Source: Malacoraja senta (taxonomy: Eukaryota). Taken from it: a DNA stretch of 64,000 bases. The position numbers and the translations under genes were made by a program. The stretch is from contig CM075990.1 of NCBI GenBank assembly GCA_038087875.1, positions 14,758,001 through 14,822,000 on the forward strand. The letters are read 5' to 3'. This document shows, piece after piece, positions 38,150 through 50,421 of the stretch (the first letter of the stretch is position 1; each line of letters begins with the position of its first letter). The notes under the pieces were generated by a model that saw only the letters and a program-made list of their open reading frames with translations, had not been told where the DNA came from and made no database searches.

Positions 38150-38590
38150 GTTTTGTTTAGCTTATTGCCATATGTACCGAAGTACAGTGAACAGCTTTTG
38201 TCGTGTGCTAACCAATCAATGGAAAGACTATACATGTTACAATCAAGCCATCCACAGTGTGCAGATACCTGATAAAGGGAATGACGTTTAGTGCAAGCTA
38301 AAGTCCAGTTGAGTCTGATTAAAGATAGCCCGGGTCTCCAGTGAGGTTCTGTAGATGGTAGCTCAGGACCGCTCTCTAATTGTGATTCAGTTGCCTGATA
38401 ACAACTGGGAAGAAACTGTCCCTGAATTCTTCACACTTGTGTACCTCCTGCGTGATGAGAGAAGGGAAAGTAGCTGGGGTGAGATTCATCCTTGACTTTC
38501 CTTGTGGCCTTGCTGGGGCAATGTGAAGTGTAGATGGAATCAATGGAAGGCAGGTTGGTTTGTGTGATGGGCTGGACTGGAATTGAAGAT
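38150..38590 (-). mobile_element. Rex1/Babar-like 3' fragment
   Basis: FRDSFFPVVIRQLN on the minus strand; tgtaccgaagtacagtgaa terminus. Confidence 0.75.
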
Positions 38591-39159
38591 TAGGTAAAGA
38601 GAGAGAAAAAAAACCCACTTGGGCTTAAATGATGTACTGGTCCCCTCTGAATAGCAGGAGCTGTTTTATAAATGCACTTCATTCACTATGATGACCTTTG
38701 TGGGCAGTGTGCTGAAGAGAAGCTTTGTCTGAAGTGCCTCTATTTCAGAAAGGCACCCTACTTTGAAAAGTTACGTCAATTTCCAAAAGCCTCATGGATG
38801 TTTGTGCAATTTTTGCATCAGTAGTTTCGAAAGCAATTTCCCCTGCAATCAATTCCTTAAGTGAAACTGTTCTAGTTGGGAAGAATACAAAATGCAGAGC
38901 AAGTCAAGAATCTGCACCCAATTGTATGTCGTGGGCACGTTGTGTTTTACATGAGTAAAGAAATTGGCCCCAATTTTCTTGTCAGCTTAACATTTAAGTA
39001 AAATGGTATTCATTCTTATTTATGGTCAAATTCATGCAAGATGGTGATGAATCGTTTAGCTCAAATATCCAGAACTTGCTGTCTAAGTTGTCACCTAATG
39101 TTACATGAAAATAGCATTTTACTGTATGCTTTACAATTGATATGCATTGAATCATGTAA

Positions 39160-39470
39160 CGTTTAGTTTAGAGATGCAGCATGATAACACGTCCTTTGGC
39201 TCAGTGAGTTCACATCGACCATTGATCACCCATTAACAGTAGTTCTATGGTATCCTCATTTCTCAATTGCTTCATACACACAAGCGTTAATTTACAATGG
39301 CCAATAAACCTGCACGTCTTAAGGATGTGGGAGGAACCCAGAGCATCTGGAGGAATCCCAAATGGGCACAGGAAGAATGTACAAACCCTTCACAGACATC
39401 ACCCAAGGTAATGATTGAACCTGGGTCTCTGTTGCGGTGAGGCAGCAGTTCTAACAGTGCATCACTGTTA
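39160..39470 (-). mobile_element. diverged HE1-like SINE
   Basis: gtttagtttagagat tail; ggatgtgggagg core; attgaacctgggtctctg...gaggcagcag head. Confidence 0.7.
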
Positions 39471-39904
39471 TAGAGGTTGCATTACATTTGAAATGGGCTT
39501 CTTGGCCCAACTTACCCATGCTCACAAGGTGCCCCATCTGCACTGATCCCACCTTCTCACAGATGGCCCATCTACCTCTAAACCTTTCCTATCCATGTAA
39601 AAATGTTTTTCATGTTTTCATGATACGTGGCTCAACAACCTCCTCTTGCAGCTCCTCCCATACACCCACTGCCCTCTGTGTGAACAAGTTGCCCCACAGG
39701 TTCCTATTAAATCTTTCCCCTCCCACTTTAAACCCATGTCCTCTGGGCCTTTATTCCTCTAATGTGGGCAAATGGGCCTCTAATCTATTCCCCTCCTGAT
39801 CTAACACACATCTATAAGATCTCATCCTCCTGCGCTCCAAAGAATAAAATCTTAGCCTATCCAACCTCTCTCTATAGCTTGGACTGTCAAGTCATGGTAA
39901 CATC

Positions 39905-40266
39905 CTCGATCCTGACTCAGGGTGCTGTCTGTATGGAGTTTGTATGTTCTCCCCTGCGTGCGTTTTCTCCGAGATCCTCCGAAGGCAGGCACGGGTTATT
40001 GATTGGGGACGATCAGCCATGATCACAATGAATGGCAGTGCTGGCTCAAAGGGCCGAATGGCCTCCTCCTGCACCTATTTTCTATGTTTTGTATGTTTCC
40101 TCCCACACTCCAAAGACGTCCAGGTGTGTAGGTTACTTGGCTTGGTGAATGTGTAAATTGTCCCTCGTGTGTGTGTGTAGGATAGCATTAGTGTGCGGGG
40201 ATCGCTGGTCGGTGCGGACTCAGTGTACCGACGGACCTGTTTCTGCGCTGTATCTCTAAACTAAAC
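39905..40266 (+). mobile_element. HE1-like SINE with a CR1 3' end (about 39981-40095) inserted in the core
   Basis: SINE core splits at gagatcctccg | tttcctcccacactccaaagac around aaggcaggcacggg...cctattttctatg. Confidence 0.8.
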
Positions 40267-41462
40267 TTTAAAAGAAAATGTGCTCCATGTGCTTTGGATT
40301 TTTTTTGAAAGATTTGAAAGCTAGTTTAAGATAATTTGGGCTTGAGGCTTGGGCATGCCCAAGTTTATTTGACTTTTCCGTTTCTGTTTTTAACCAGTCT
40401 CTCTGGATTGAGAATGATCTGTTTCCACTCGAGTTTCAACATGACTGATGAGGCCAAAGTAAGAAAGTATACGCTATCTCAAGTGGGGCAGGAGTTGCTT
40501 GGTGGGGTGACTGGGTGGGTAGCTTGTGCCAGTCTCTAGAAGCCCCCAACACATGGCCTTGAGGATCTCATCTGTTTTCTTTACTCCTAGTCGGACAATA
40601 ACATAAAACACTTGAGAAAAATGTGACCTACAGAAGTTAATTCCTCATGCCATGTATAAAGCAGCCTGCTACGAACCCTTTCCTCGGGTATTTCACTTCT
40701 GAAGTAAAATTTAAGTGAATATCATCAGACTAATGCTGACTTTAGATCAATGAGAATGTTATGTTTTAAATTAATACATTGCAGGGAGGACAATGAGGCC
40801 CACCTTTGTCCTCACGGCACTGTGTTTTTCCAGTCATTAGGCTGGGTTCCCAAATGTCATTTAGATTAAAGGCAAAAATAATATAACATGAAAGGTGTCA
40901 AATTTGAATGATGAATGAAGACTACACTGCAATGTTTAATAATGTGCACGCAATATTAGTTAACTTTTTGCCTGCTTTATTTCAACCTTTTTAAGAATAT
41001 TATCTTTCCTGCCGTGCTTTTATGTGCATTCTCTGGTTTCTTTCCTAAAAGAGCACATTTCAAAAAGGAGAAAGCTTTTTGTCTTTGTCATAATGTGACC
41101 CAAATCTTGCAATGAATGGCATTTAAAAACTGACTGCCCATGTCGTGGGTTGTTACTGTTAGAGTGTATCTTTCTCTTTGTGACATTGCTCTCAAAATCT
41201 CAATGAAATAATTAAACGAAAGCTCACTTTTGTTTTACGTATGTGAAATTGAGAAGCTGAATTTCAATGGCAGAAGTTGAGTATTTATAATAATGTGATA
41301 TTAACTGGCATTTAACAAATTATGGTACCGAGCTTTCAAATGCTAGCCTTGGCTAAAAAGGAATTACATCATTAACTTGATGATTAATTATATGATTGTT
41401 TACATGTTTATAATATTGTTTTATATTGAATCTGCTACCTTGGGTCCAAGTTGTACAACCTA

Positions 41463-41597
41463 CAGTCTGAAGAAGGGTCTCGACCCGAAACGTCACCCAT
41501 TCTTTCTCTCCAGAGATGCTGCCTGTCCCGCTGAGTTACTCCAGCATTTTGTGTCTACCTTCAATTTAAACCAGCATCTGCTGTTCTTTCCGACACA
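41463..41597 (+). mobile_element. short PLE-derived hammerhead element with tail
   Basis: CTGAAGA at 41467, GGGT-CTCG-ACCC, GAAACGTC; the most canonical copy. Confidence 0.9.
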
Positions 41598-41852
41598 TTT
41601 TGTCAACATAAATTAGTTCTTTGGAATTGGTTGAGAATTTGATTCATGTTCATTTCACAATCTTTTGCATCTTCTGTCCTTTTTTCTCATTGTCCTTATT
41701 TTGATTGAGTATTTTGATTTATTTTTAGAAAAAAATCGCAGGTTTGTTTATTTTTTTTAAGCCTTTGATGGGAGAGAGAATTCTTTGAGCAAATGCCTGT
41801 GAATGTTTACATGCAAAATATTCTGAACAGGTGCGCTTTAACCAGAAGGGCA

Positions 41853-42504
41853 CATAGATACATAGATACATAGAAAATAGGTGCAGGAGTAGGCCATTCG
41901 GCCCTTCGAGCCTGCACCGCCATTCAATATGATCATGGCTGATCATCCAACTCAGTATCCCGTACCTGCCTTCTCTCCATACCCCCTGATCCCCTTAGCC
42001 ACAAGGGCCACATCTAACTCCCTCTTAAATATAGCCAATGAACTGGCCTCAACTACCCTCTGTGGCAGAGAATTCCAGAGATTCACCACTCTCTGTGTGA
42101 AAAAGTTTTTCCTCATCTCGGTCTTAAAGGATTTCCCCCTTATCCTTAAGCTGTGACCCCTTGTCCTGGACTTCCCCAACATCGGGAACAATCTTCCTGC
42201 ATCTAGCCTGTCCAACCCCATAAGAATTTTGTACATTTCTATAAGATCCCCTCTCAATCTCCTAAATTCTAGCGAGTATAAGCCAAGTCTATCCAGTCTT
42301 TCTTCATATGAAAGTCCTGACATCCCAGGAATCAGTCTGGTGAATCTTCTCTGCACTCCCTCTATGGCTATAATGTCCTTCCTCAGATTTGGAGACCAAA
42401 ACTGTACGCAATACTCCAGGTGTGGTCTCACCAAGACCCTGTACAACTGCAGTAGAACCTCCCTGCTCCTATACTCAAATCCTTTTGCTATGAAAGCTAA
42501 CATA
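41853..42504 (-). mobile_element. young CR1 LINE, 5'-truncated
   Basis: Nearly identical to 5959-6615; ORF 41952-42536. Confidence 0.95.
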
Positions 42505-42662
42505 GTGGAGGAGTAACTCAGCAGGGCACGAGGCATCTCTGGGGAACATGAAGGGTCCCGACCCGAAACATCACCTATCCATGCTCTTCAGAGATGCTGA
42601 GTTACTCCAGCACTTTGTATCCTTTTGTGTAAACCAGCACTTGCAGTTCTTTGTTTCTACAC
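42505..42662 (+). mobile_element. fold-back PLE hammerhead element whose left arm is split by the CR1
   Basis: gaagggcacatag (41845) rejoins tggaggagtaactcagc (42506); gggtcccgacccGAAAC; right arm and tail. Confidence 0.7.
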
Positions 42663-42665
42663 TAA

Positions 42666-42870
42666 AGGGCCTGTCCCTCTGCGGGGACCTAATTTGCCAG
42701 TTTAGAAGAGTTTGTGTTCGACTCAAACTCGCAGCATGGTCGATACGTGGTCCTAGGAGGTCACTGGAACTCTCCTTCATGTTCGAGGGTAGTTCCCGCA
42801 TACTCGCGGCCTCCGTTTGGTAGAGGAAAAAATTTCAGCATGCTGAAAAATTTTCCGCGAGTAAAAATTG
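42666..42870 (+). mobile_element. truncated Harbinger-like MITE (left end)
   Basis: taa|AGGGCCTGTCCC start; interior tgctgaaaaatttt resembles the 8673 element; no right TIR. Confidence 0.65.
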
Positions 42871-44489
42871 GTACTTAAAAAGAAAAAGGTACTTAAAAAG
42901 TACACTGTAACCAACCATTCAACTTTGTGGACTTGTGATTTCTGTACCAAAGACAACCCTTTGAAAAGAGTTCTAGCAACTGAATGGTTCAATGGTATTG
43001 GCTTATTATTGTTACATGTACCGAGATACAGTGAAAAATGTTTTGTTTAATTTTATGTCGTGGCAGATCATACCATGCATAGGTCACTTAGTGATGTCTT
43101 TTAGTGGCACAAAAGGTTTAGTGTCACTTGAATTGTTTGTCAAATTCACAGATGGTGTAATTCCAGAAATGAATAGGTGAACTTTACAGGTTCCTTGTGC
43201 TTTGGGTGAAAATGTCCCTGAAAGATTTTCAAACTCAATTTTAAGTACTTGTGTGTGGAGTTGGATCTTGTTGTTGGTTCTTTGTAGTGTTGGATCAGTG
43301 CATTGGGAAGGCAGGAGTACGGATGGAACGATGTCATTGGTACGTGTGTGTGAAGTTGAGTCCTTGCCTGGGACTGTTGATACTAACCTATGGCTTCCCA
43401 ATGATGGAGAGACTGAAGGATGGGTCATTACGAGGGGAAGAAAGGGGACAATCTTGGAATGCTGGCTGTGGCTTGCTCGACAGGAATATGTCGGAGAATT
43501 CTTGGAGGACGCTACAATCGATCTTGGCCTAATCTGCACAGGAATAAAAATGAGGAGGGGCAATTCATCTTTATAATGGTCACAGCTTGTTGCACACTTA
43601 ACATGAAAGCACTGTGGTTGTTCAGAGTTCTGTTACGGCTGCTTTGGTGCCATGGGAGTGGTGGAATCTTCCCTGTTGAGATTCAAACCGGAAGATGCAT
43701 TAAAATGGGCTGGAATCTGGAGGGTGAAGTAAAAATAGTTGGGAGCAGAGAGGGAGTTTTCTCATTTTCTGCATCCAGTCTTGTGCATTCGTTGAACTAG
43801 AACTAGTGCACAACTCTTCCTGTAAAACCTGCAAGCTGCAAGTTGAAATGAACAGTAATATAATAATGTTTTTTCCATTTTGGAAAAACATTTCAAGTTG
43901 CAATAACTGCCTTTCGTGGAATTAATGGGGTTTTCAGGAAGACTTATTTATACATGATGTTTATTTTGCAAATATTTATCTTGCACAAGTTATTACTCCT
44001 TTTATCCTGTATCTGTACACTGTGGACGACATGATTGTAGTCATGTAGAGTATTTTCACTGACTGGATAGCACGCAACAAAAAAAGCTTTTCAATGTACC
44101 TAGGCTCAATAATAAGCTAAACTATTAAAATATATCTTGAATAATCCAATAGGCTTCATCTGGGATTATTTTGGTAGTTGGGTTGTGGATGAACGATGGA
44201 TCCTCGGATTAAAATATTACATTTTGAAGTCTCTTAACTCGAACAAGGCTGGGGAGGTTTGGTCTAAGTGCTTATTGTGATGCCAGATATAATTTAGGAA
44301 AGTCCTCATGCCAGTATTGAGTACTTTAGTTTGATAAAGATTCAAATCGAGCTTTTGAAAATCTTGTTCAACAGTTTATTTACTTCCTAAATTCAGGACC
44401 ACATCCTAAACCACTGACTAAAGGGAAGCATGAGGGGTAATTCATCCACCGCCATGAAACCATCAGTTTTAAATAACATGTTTGGTATT

Positions 44490-45040
44490 GATATTGATTA
44501 ATTCTTGTCACATGTACAGTCCAGTCAAATCACACCAATATAAATATAGCCAAGCTGTACACAAACACAACAGTGCCAAAGAGAAAATACCAGAGCGCGT
44601 TAATTGTGTTACAGCGTAAAACATGTTATTGCGTCACAGTTACAGAGAAAATGCAGATTGAACAAAGTGCAAAGGCTGTCTGCTTCTTCTTCTTCTTGCG
44701 TATGGCGTGCACAGCCAAAGTTGGAGGACAACTTCTTCTATTTGATTGTGCACGCCAGGTTGATTGCATTCGTCGAAACAGGGCGGACCACGTGAAGGTT
44801 GCAATCTCCCACCCCCTGCAAAGGCTGCAATGTGGCAGATTGGGAGATCTGGACTACAACCTTGGCTTATGAGAGGGCCGTTCAGCCAGGAAGAAGCTTT
44901 CTCCAAATCTGGTGGTACGTGCTTTAATCTTTTGTAGCTTCTGCTCGATGGAAGAGGAGAGAAGAGGAGTGACGGGAGTGTTAATGTTGGCTGCTCTCCT
45001 GAGAAAGCGTGAAGTGTAGATGGTGTTGATGTAGGGGAGT
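44490..45040 (-). mobile_element. old Rex1/Babar-like 3' fragment
   Basis: gaagaagcttt...ggtggtacgtgc...gtgaagtgtagatgg motifs shared with 38150-38590. Confidence 0.55.
44679..44816 (-). mobile_element. short retroposon / RTE-like 3' end with (AAG)n tail
   Basis: Minus strand ends gccatacgcaagaagaagaagaag; 11-bp TSD tgcaaaggctg at 44668-44678 and 44817-44827. Confidence 0.75.
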
Positions 45041-45901
45041 GGGGGGGGGGGGGGGGAGGCTGTTATTGATAAGCTACACTTGTTCGGGACAGATCGCCAG
45101 TCCAGTTACAGGCATGTAAACTGTGGAAAAAGGATTAATTCAGACGTCATTCATAACCCTTCATTTGTAAATCTAATTTTAGCTTGGAGTAAGGTTGGGA
45201 TGATCACACTTTAATTAGGTTTCGCAGATTTAATATATAACATTTTTTAATCCATGACCCCAGATATAAACGGGCCTTGAAATGACTCCTCGGAAGGAAA
45301 ATTCCTGCGATTGTTTTGAAAACTTCTGATAGCCACACCAAGTGCCCTGTAAATGAACAGAAGTAATGTCAAGGGAAAAAGGGCAGCTGCTCATTGATTG
45401 ATTACAGTAACAGGTGACTTGTGGAGGCTTGGTCCGAAGTTCTCAAATTGGGCCTTACAGAATTTATTTTCCCCTACAAAATTAGAGTTGTATAAAATTT
45501 AAAATACTGGCAAAGAAGGTCTAGATTATTACATTTGCTGGATTGTAACTGCTAATAAGGCACATTAGTGCCCCATTTAATGTGGAAGTCGTATAAAAGA
45601 CCATACCACGCACTTTGTGTTTAGCTTCCTGGGGCAATGTTTAATGAAAGATTAGTGTATGAAAATTCTTATTACAATTATACTGCTTTGCAATGTATGA
45701 AGAACATCTTGCAAAGTAATCTCATGAGTAGTTCCTGGTGTACAGATTCACAAATGGACATACACAGGGCGGATTGGGAAGAACGGTGGCACAGTGAGGA
45801 TTACTGGAAGTGCGCGCGTGTGTTGTGCACGCGTGTGTGTGCGTGTGTTACATACAACTGCATAGTCTTGTTTTCCGACATCTTTGTCAGCTTCTGCCTG
45901 C

Positions 45902-46101
45902 NNNNNNNNNNNNNNNNNNNNNNNNNNNNNNNNNNNNNNNNNNNNNNNNNNNNNNNNNNNNNNNNNNNNNNNNNNNNNNNNNNNNNNNNNNNNNNNNNNN
46001 NNNNNNNNNNNNNNNNNNNNNNNNNNNNNNNNNNNNNNNNNNNNNNNNNNNNNNNNNNNNNNNNNNNNNNNNNNNNNNNNNNNNNNNNNNNNNNNNNNNN
46101 N
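45902..46101. other. assembly gap (200 N)
   Basis: Run of N. Confidence 1.
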
Positions 46102-46423
46102 AATCGCTACATCCCCAAGATATGTGCAGAACTTCAAAGGGGTGTCTTGTGTCCAATATTCTTCAGCTGCTGTTTCCCTCCAGCGCAATATCAGACGTGC
46201 AGATGTTCGCTGCTGACAGCAGAGTTCACTTCCATTCGCAGCTCCCCAGATATTGAAGCAATCTGTGCATCAGAACCTGGGCGCAGTGGAGCGCAATCAA
46301 AGACCAGTCTCACCCCGGACACTCCCTCTTCTCCCCTCTCCCATCAGCTAAGAGGTCTAAAAGTGTGGAAAAACATACCTCCAGATTCAGGGACAGTTTC
46401 TTCCCAGCTGTTATCAGGCAACT

Positions 46424-46616
46424 TCTTCTTTCATGTGCATCTTCCATGTTTCAAATGTTGACCTCGCTGTCATCGTCCGCCCTGAAAAGGACGCAAGCTT
46501 CCGCCGACAATCAGTGGGAGCCATCACTTGTTGCAATAGATGATGGTGGTGGCAGAATTAGCTCGGGATACTTCCAGTTTCCAGCCCCGCGACGTGAACG
46601 CTTCTGCTATGGGGCC
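46424..46616 (-). mobile_element. unclassified short insertion with AAG-type tail
   Basis: 11-bp TSD atcaggcaact at 46413-46423 and 46617-46627; minus strand ends atgaaagaaga. Confidence 0.7.
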
Positions 46617-46708
46617 ATCAGGCAACTGAACCATGTGATCACCAACTAGAGAACAGCTCTGGGCTACCATCGACCTCATTGGAGATCATCAGACTATCTT
46701 TAGTTGGA

Positions 46709-46980
46709 GGTACACAAAAATGCTGGAGAAACTCAGCGGGTGCAGCAGCATCTATGGAGCGAAGGAAATAGGTAACGTTTCGGGCCGGAACCCTTCTTCA
46801 GACTGATAGGGGGTGGGGAGAAGAAAGGAAAAAAGGAAAAAGGCGGAGGAGGAGCCTGAGGGCTGGGGGAGGGGAGGAGACAACCAGATGGCTGATGAAG
46901 GGGAGGGGACAGCAAGGACTAGCAGAATTGGGAGTTTCTCCAGCATTTTTGTGTACCTTCGATTTTCCAGCATCTGCAGT
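46709..46980. mobile_element. PLE insertion: inverted ORF-end/pLTR arm plus short direct terminus with tail
   Basis: 46709-46931 is the reverse complement of the PLE end at 33860-34048; perfect 14-bp TSD tatctttagttgga at 46695-46708 and 46981-46994. Confidence 0.92.
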
Positions 46981-47844
46981 TATCTTTAGTTGGACTTTAT
47001 CTTGCACTAAACGTTATACCCCTTTATCCTGTATCCATACACTGTGAATGGCTTGATTGTAATCATGATAGTAATATTTCCACTGGCTGGAGAGCATGCA
47101 ACAAAAAAGGTTTTCAGTGTACTTTGGTATAGATGACAATGAACTAACTGAACTACAAAAAGTTCTCGTTGAGCTGCTTCATGACCATGTGCCAATACCA
47201 AGCTGTGAGTCTCAACCTCCTGGGATGTTCATGGAATTCTTCCGTTCCCATCAACACACTGGGAGTCATCACTGAATGTTATCTTAACTCGATCTGTCAC
47301 ATAAATACTGCAGTTAGTCGACACTAAAGGCCAGGAAGAAATATTACAAATTCCATTAAAGGCACTGCATATATCGGCTTTCCAATAAAATTCCGCCCAG
47401 GACTGAATATAAATGTTGGGCAACTCGATGGAATTTTGGCTCTGGAACATGACATGCTGGCTCAGCCTGCGATACCCACATCCCTAGAATTAATTAAACA
47501 TCAAGGAAGAAATGTACACAATTAAAACTAAGATGCATAAATTCTGATGGCAAGCTTTGAGCTGTGCATTCACCCAAGACTAACCCATTATTTTTCTATG
47601 ATTGTAGAACATAGAGGAGCAATGTTGGTTGGGTGATGGGCACACCCTCCACCCACCCCCCCCCCCCCACCCCCCCCCCCCATCATACACCTCCATCAAC
47701 ACCATTTACCATCAAGGATTCCCACCAGCTGGACCATGCCATATTATCGGATAACATCAGGCAGAAGGTACAGAAGCATGAATTCCCACACCACCAGGTT
47801 CAGCAACAGTTACTTATCTACAACCATCAGGTTCTTGACCAACC

Positions 47845-48072
47845 TCTACAATCTGTGGAATTCTTTGCCACAGAAGGCTGTGGAGGCAAAGTCAGTGGAT
47901 ATATTTAAGGCAGAGATAGATAGATTCTTGATTAGTACAGGTGTCAGAGGTTACGGGGAGAAGGCAGGAGAATGGGGTTAGGAGGGAGAGATAGATCAGC
48001 CATGATTGAATGGCGGAGTAGACTTGATGGGCTGAATGGCCTAATTCTACTCCTATCACTTACGATCTTATG
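47845..48072 (+). mobile_element. CR1 3' fragment (preceded by a Rex1-like remnant at 47700-47845)
   Basis: NLWNSLPQKAVEAKSVDIFKAEIDRFLISTGVRGYGEKAGEWG and 3'UTR. Confidence 0.85.
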
Positions 48073-48522
48073 AATCCTAATCCTGCCGGGACAACATAGC
48101 ATTATGGTCTACATCTTGCACCACCGTGAACTTGTTACATTCTCTAATTTTGTTTTTACACTAATGTCTTGTTTTTCTTCGCTCCGCACCTGACAATAAA
48201 CACCCACTGATTTGCCTTGTGTGGTTTCTCCATGCGGAACTTTCCTCCCACATCCCAAACATGTGCTTGTGGGTGGGTGAACTGGCTACTGTAAATTAGC
48301 TCCTGTGCCCAAAGGTGGGAGGAGAATCAGAAAGCTGATGGATATGAGAGAGAAGAAATATTACAGGGAAATAAGTGGGGGAATCAGACTGGCAGAACTA
48401 CTTGAGATTCGAAATGATCTCCATGTGGCCTTCTTCAATGCCACATAAACATATGTAGTCATATCAATCTGCTCAGAGATATCACCAAGTTTCCTATTTC
48501 GTACCCAACCAGTATGGAATTT

Positions 48523-48723
48523 GGACACAAAATGCTGGAGTAACTCAGCGCGACAGGCAGCGTCTCTGGATGGAAGGGATGGGTGACGTTTCTGGACGAG
48601 ACCCTTCTTCAGCCTGAAACTGCACCCATTCCTCTATCTGGAGATGCTGCCTGCCCCGCTGAGTTACTCCAGCATTTTGTGTCTATCTTTGGTGTAAACC
48701 AGCATCTGCAGTTGCATCATACA
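48523..48723 (+). mobile_element. fold-back PLE hammerhead element
   Basis: Inverted arms with tail on right; TSD cagtatg(g/t)aattt at 48510-48522 and 48724-48736. Confidence 0.85.
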
Positions 48724-49514
48724 CAGTATGTAATTTAAGTAGCACTATGAATTTTGAATTTGTGTAGTGAATTTAAGTGCAACAATATAGGTCAGTGATT
48801 ATGGTTCGAGGGGAAGTGCATGGAAATCCTAATTATGGTATTTAATAGGATTTTAATTAAGTTCTGATCTGAGTAAGATAGCTGCTTAAATGTGCCTTAA
48901 GATTACTTATTATCCACTTTTATTAAATCAAATGCGGTATTATAGGTAACAAGCATTTTCTTGATTAAGACAACTTCAGAGTCGGTAGATATTTGGGTCT
49001 GTATGCACTCATTTAATTTAAAAGAAAGTTGCACCTGGAATAACAATTGCATCTCGTATTGCTGGTAATGGAGCTGAACATATAGCTGGTTTGAAAATTG
49101 GAAATGATTAGTCTGTGCTTTGCTCAGTGATAAGTAGCATATTTATTGAAAACATTTGCTGCAGTTAAATAGTTCGGAATGATGCATGGTTGAACTCTGG
49201 AAGAGATCTGCTTCCTGCTCAAAGTTTAGTGTGGACTTATTATGAAGCGAAAAGATTGAGGATAAGATTATACTGGCCAGTTATTTGTACTTAAAGGTTG
49301 AAATATCACATCTATTGCTATTGCAGAAATCAGCAGCAGACTGTGGACTCGCAGACAGCAGCTGCAGTTTACCTGCTCCTCTTGTTAAGGTTTCAGATAT
49401 TGTGGAAAAACATTGCTGTCCAAGTAAATCATACTATACGCAAGTACAATCATACTGCACTTGAGAACAAACCAGTCGTACATGAGTTCACCGAGTAGTG
49501 CAAAAAGGAAAAGC

Positions 49515-50105
49515 CACACAGTGGTGCTGTGGTAAAGTTGTTGCCTTAACATAGAAAACATAGAAAACATAGAAAATAGGTGCAGGAGGAGGCCATTCGG
49601 CCCTTCGAGCCAGTACCGCCATTCATTGTGATCATGGCTGATCGTCCCCTATCAATAACCTGTGCCTGCCTTCTCCCCATATCCCTTGACTCCACTAGCC
49701 CCTAGAGCTCCATCTAACTCTCTCTTAAATCCATCCAGTGACTTGGCCTCCACTGCCCTCTGTGGCAGGGAATGCCATAAATTCACCACTCTCTGGGTGA
49801 AAAAGTTTTTTCTCAGCTCCAGTCTCAGTCACCTTAAGTTCCAGAGCCCCAAGTTCGATCTTGACTATGGGTGCAGTCTGTACGGAATTTGTACATTCTC
49901 TCCACGACCACGTGGGTTTTCCCGGGTGCTCTGATTTCCTCCCACACTCCAAAGACGTGCAAGTTTGTAGGTTAATTGGCTTTGGTATCATCGTAAATTG
50001 TCCCTCGTGAGGAGGATAGTGTTAGTGTACGGAGTGATCCTTGGTCGGTGTGGACTCAGTGGGCCAAAGGACCTGTTTCCACACTGTATCTCAGAAGTCT
50101 AAAGA
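49515..50105 (+). mobile_element. HE1-like SINE interrupted by a minus-strand CR1 3' fragment (about 49549-49812)
   Basis: Head cacagtggtgctgtggtaaagttgttgcctta resumes after the CR1 with ccagag...gttcgatc; core and tail follow. Confidence 0.8.
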
Positions 50106-50198
50106 CTAGATTTTCAGATTCTGGGTGCTAACAAAAATCTTCCTCAGATCCTCTGAACTTTCTAACCCTCATCCTAAACATATGCCTTCATATTATAG

Positions 50199-50421
50199 TT
50201 TAAGAAGGAACTGCAGATGCTGGAAAATCGGAGGTAGACAAAAATGCTGGAGAAACTCAGCAGGTGAGGCAGCATCGGTGGAGCGAAGGAAATAGACGAC
50301 ATTTCGGGTCGAGACCCTTCTTCAGACTTGCATTACAAGGGTCTCGACCCAAAACATCGCCTATTTCCTTCACTCCATAGATGCTGCCTCACCTGCTGAG
50401 TTTCTCCAGCATTTATGTCTA
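50199..50421 (-). mobile_element. fold-back PLE hammerhead element
   Basis: Arms of about 85 bp, tail on left, GGGTCTCGACCC on both arms; TSD ccttcatatt(a/g)tag at 50185-50198 and 50422-50435. Confidence 0.9.

Larger units (their letters stand above)
46270..47155 (+). mobile_element. Rex1/Babar-like 3' portion with two nested insertions
   Basis: IKDQSHPGHSLFSPLPS...TSRFRDSFFPAVIRQL; 3' end gacaatgaactaactgaact. Confidence 0.8.

Noticed and set aside
45637..46461. 274-aa and other ORFs
   Set aside because: Artefacts of translating through the N gap
44779..46484. Shared 10-mer cagggcggac in the two AAG-tailed insertions
   Set aside because: Opposite orientation relative to their tails; likely coincidence
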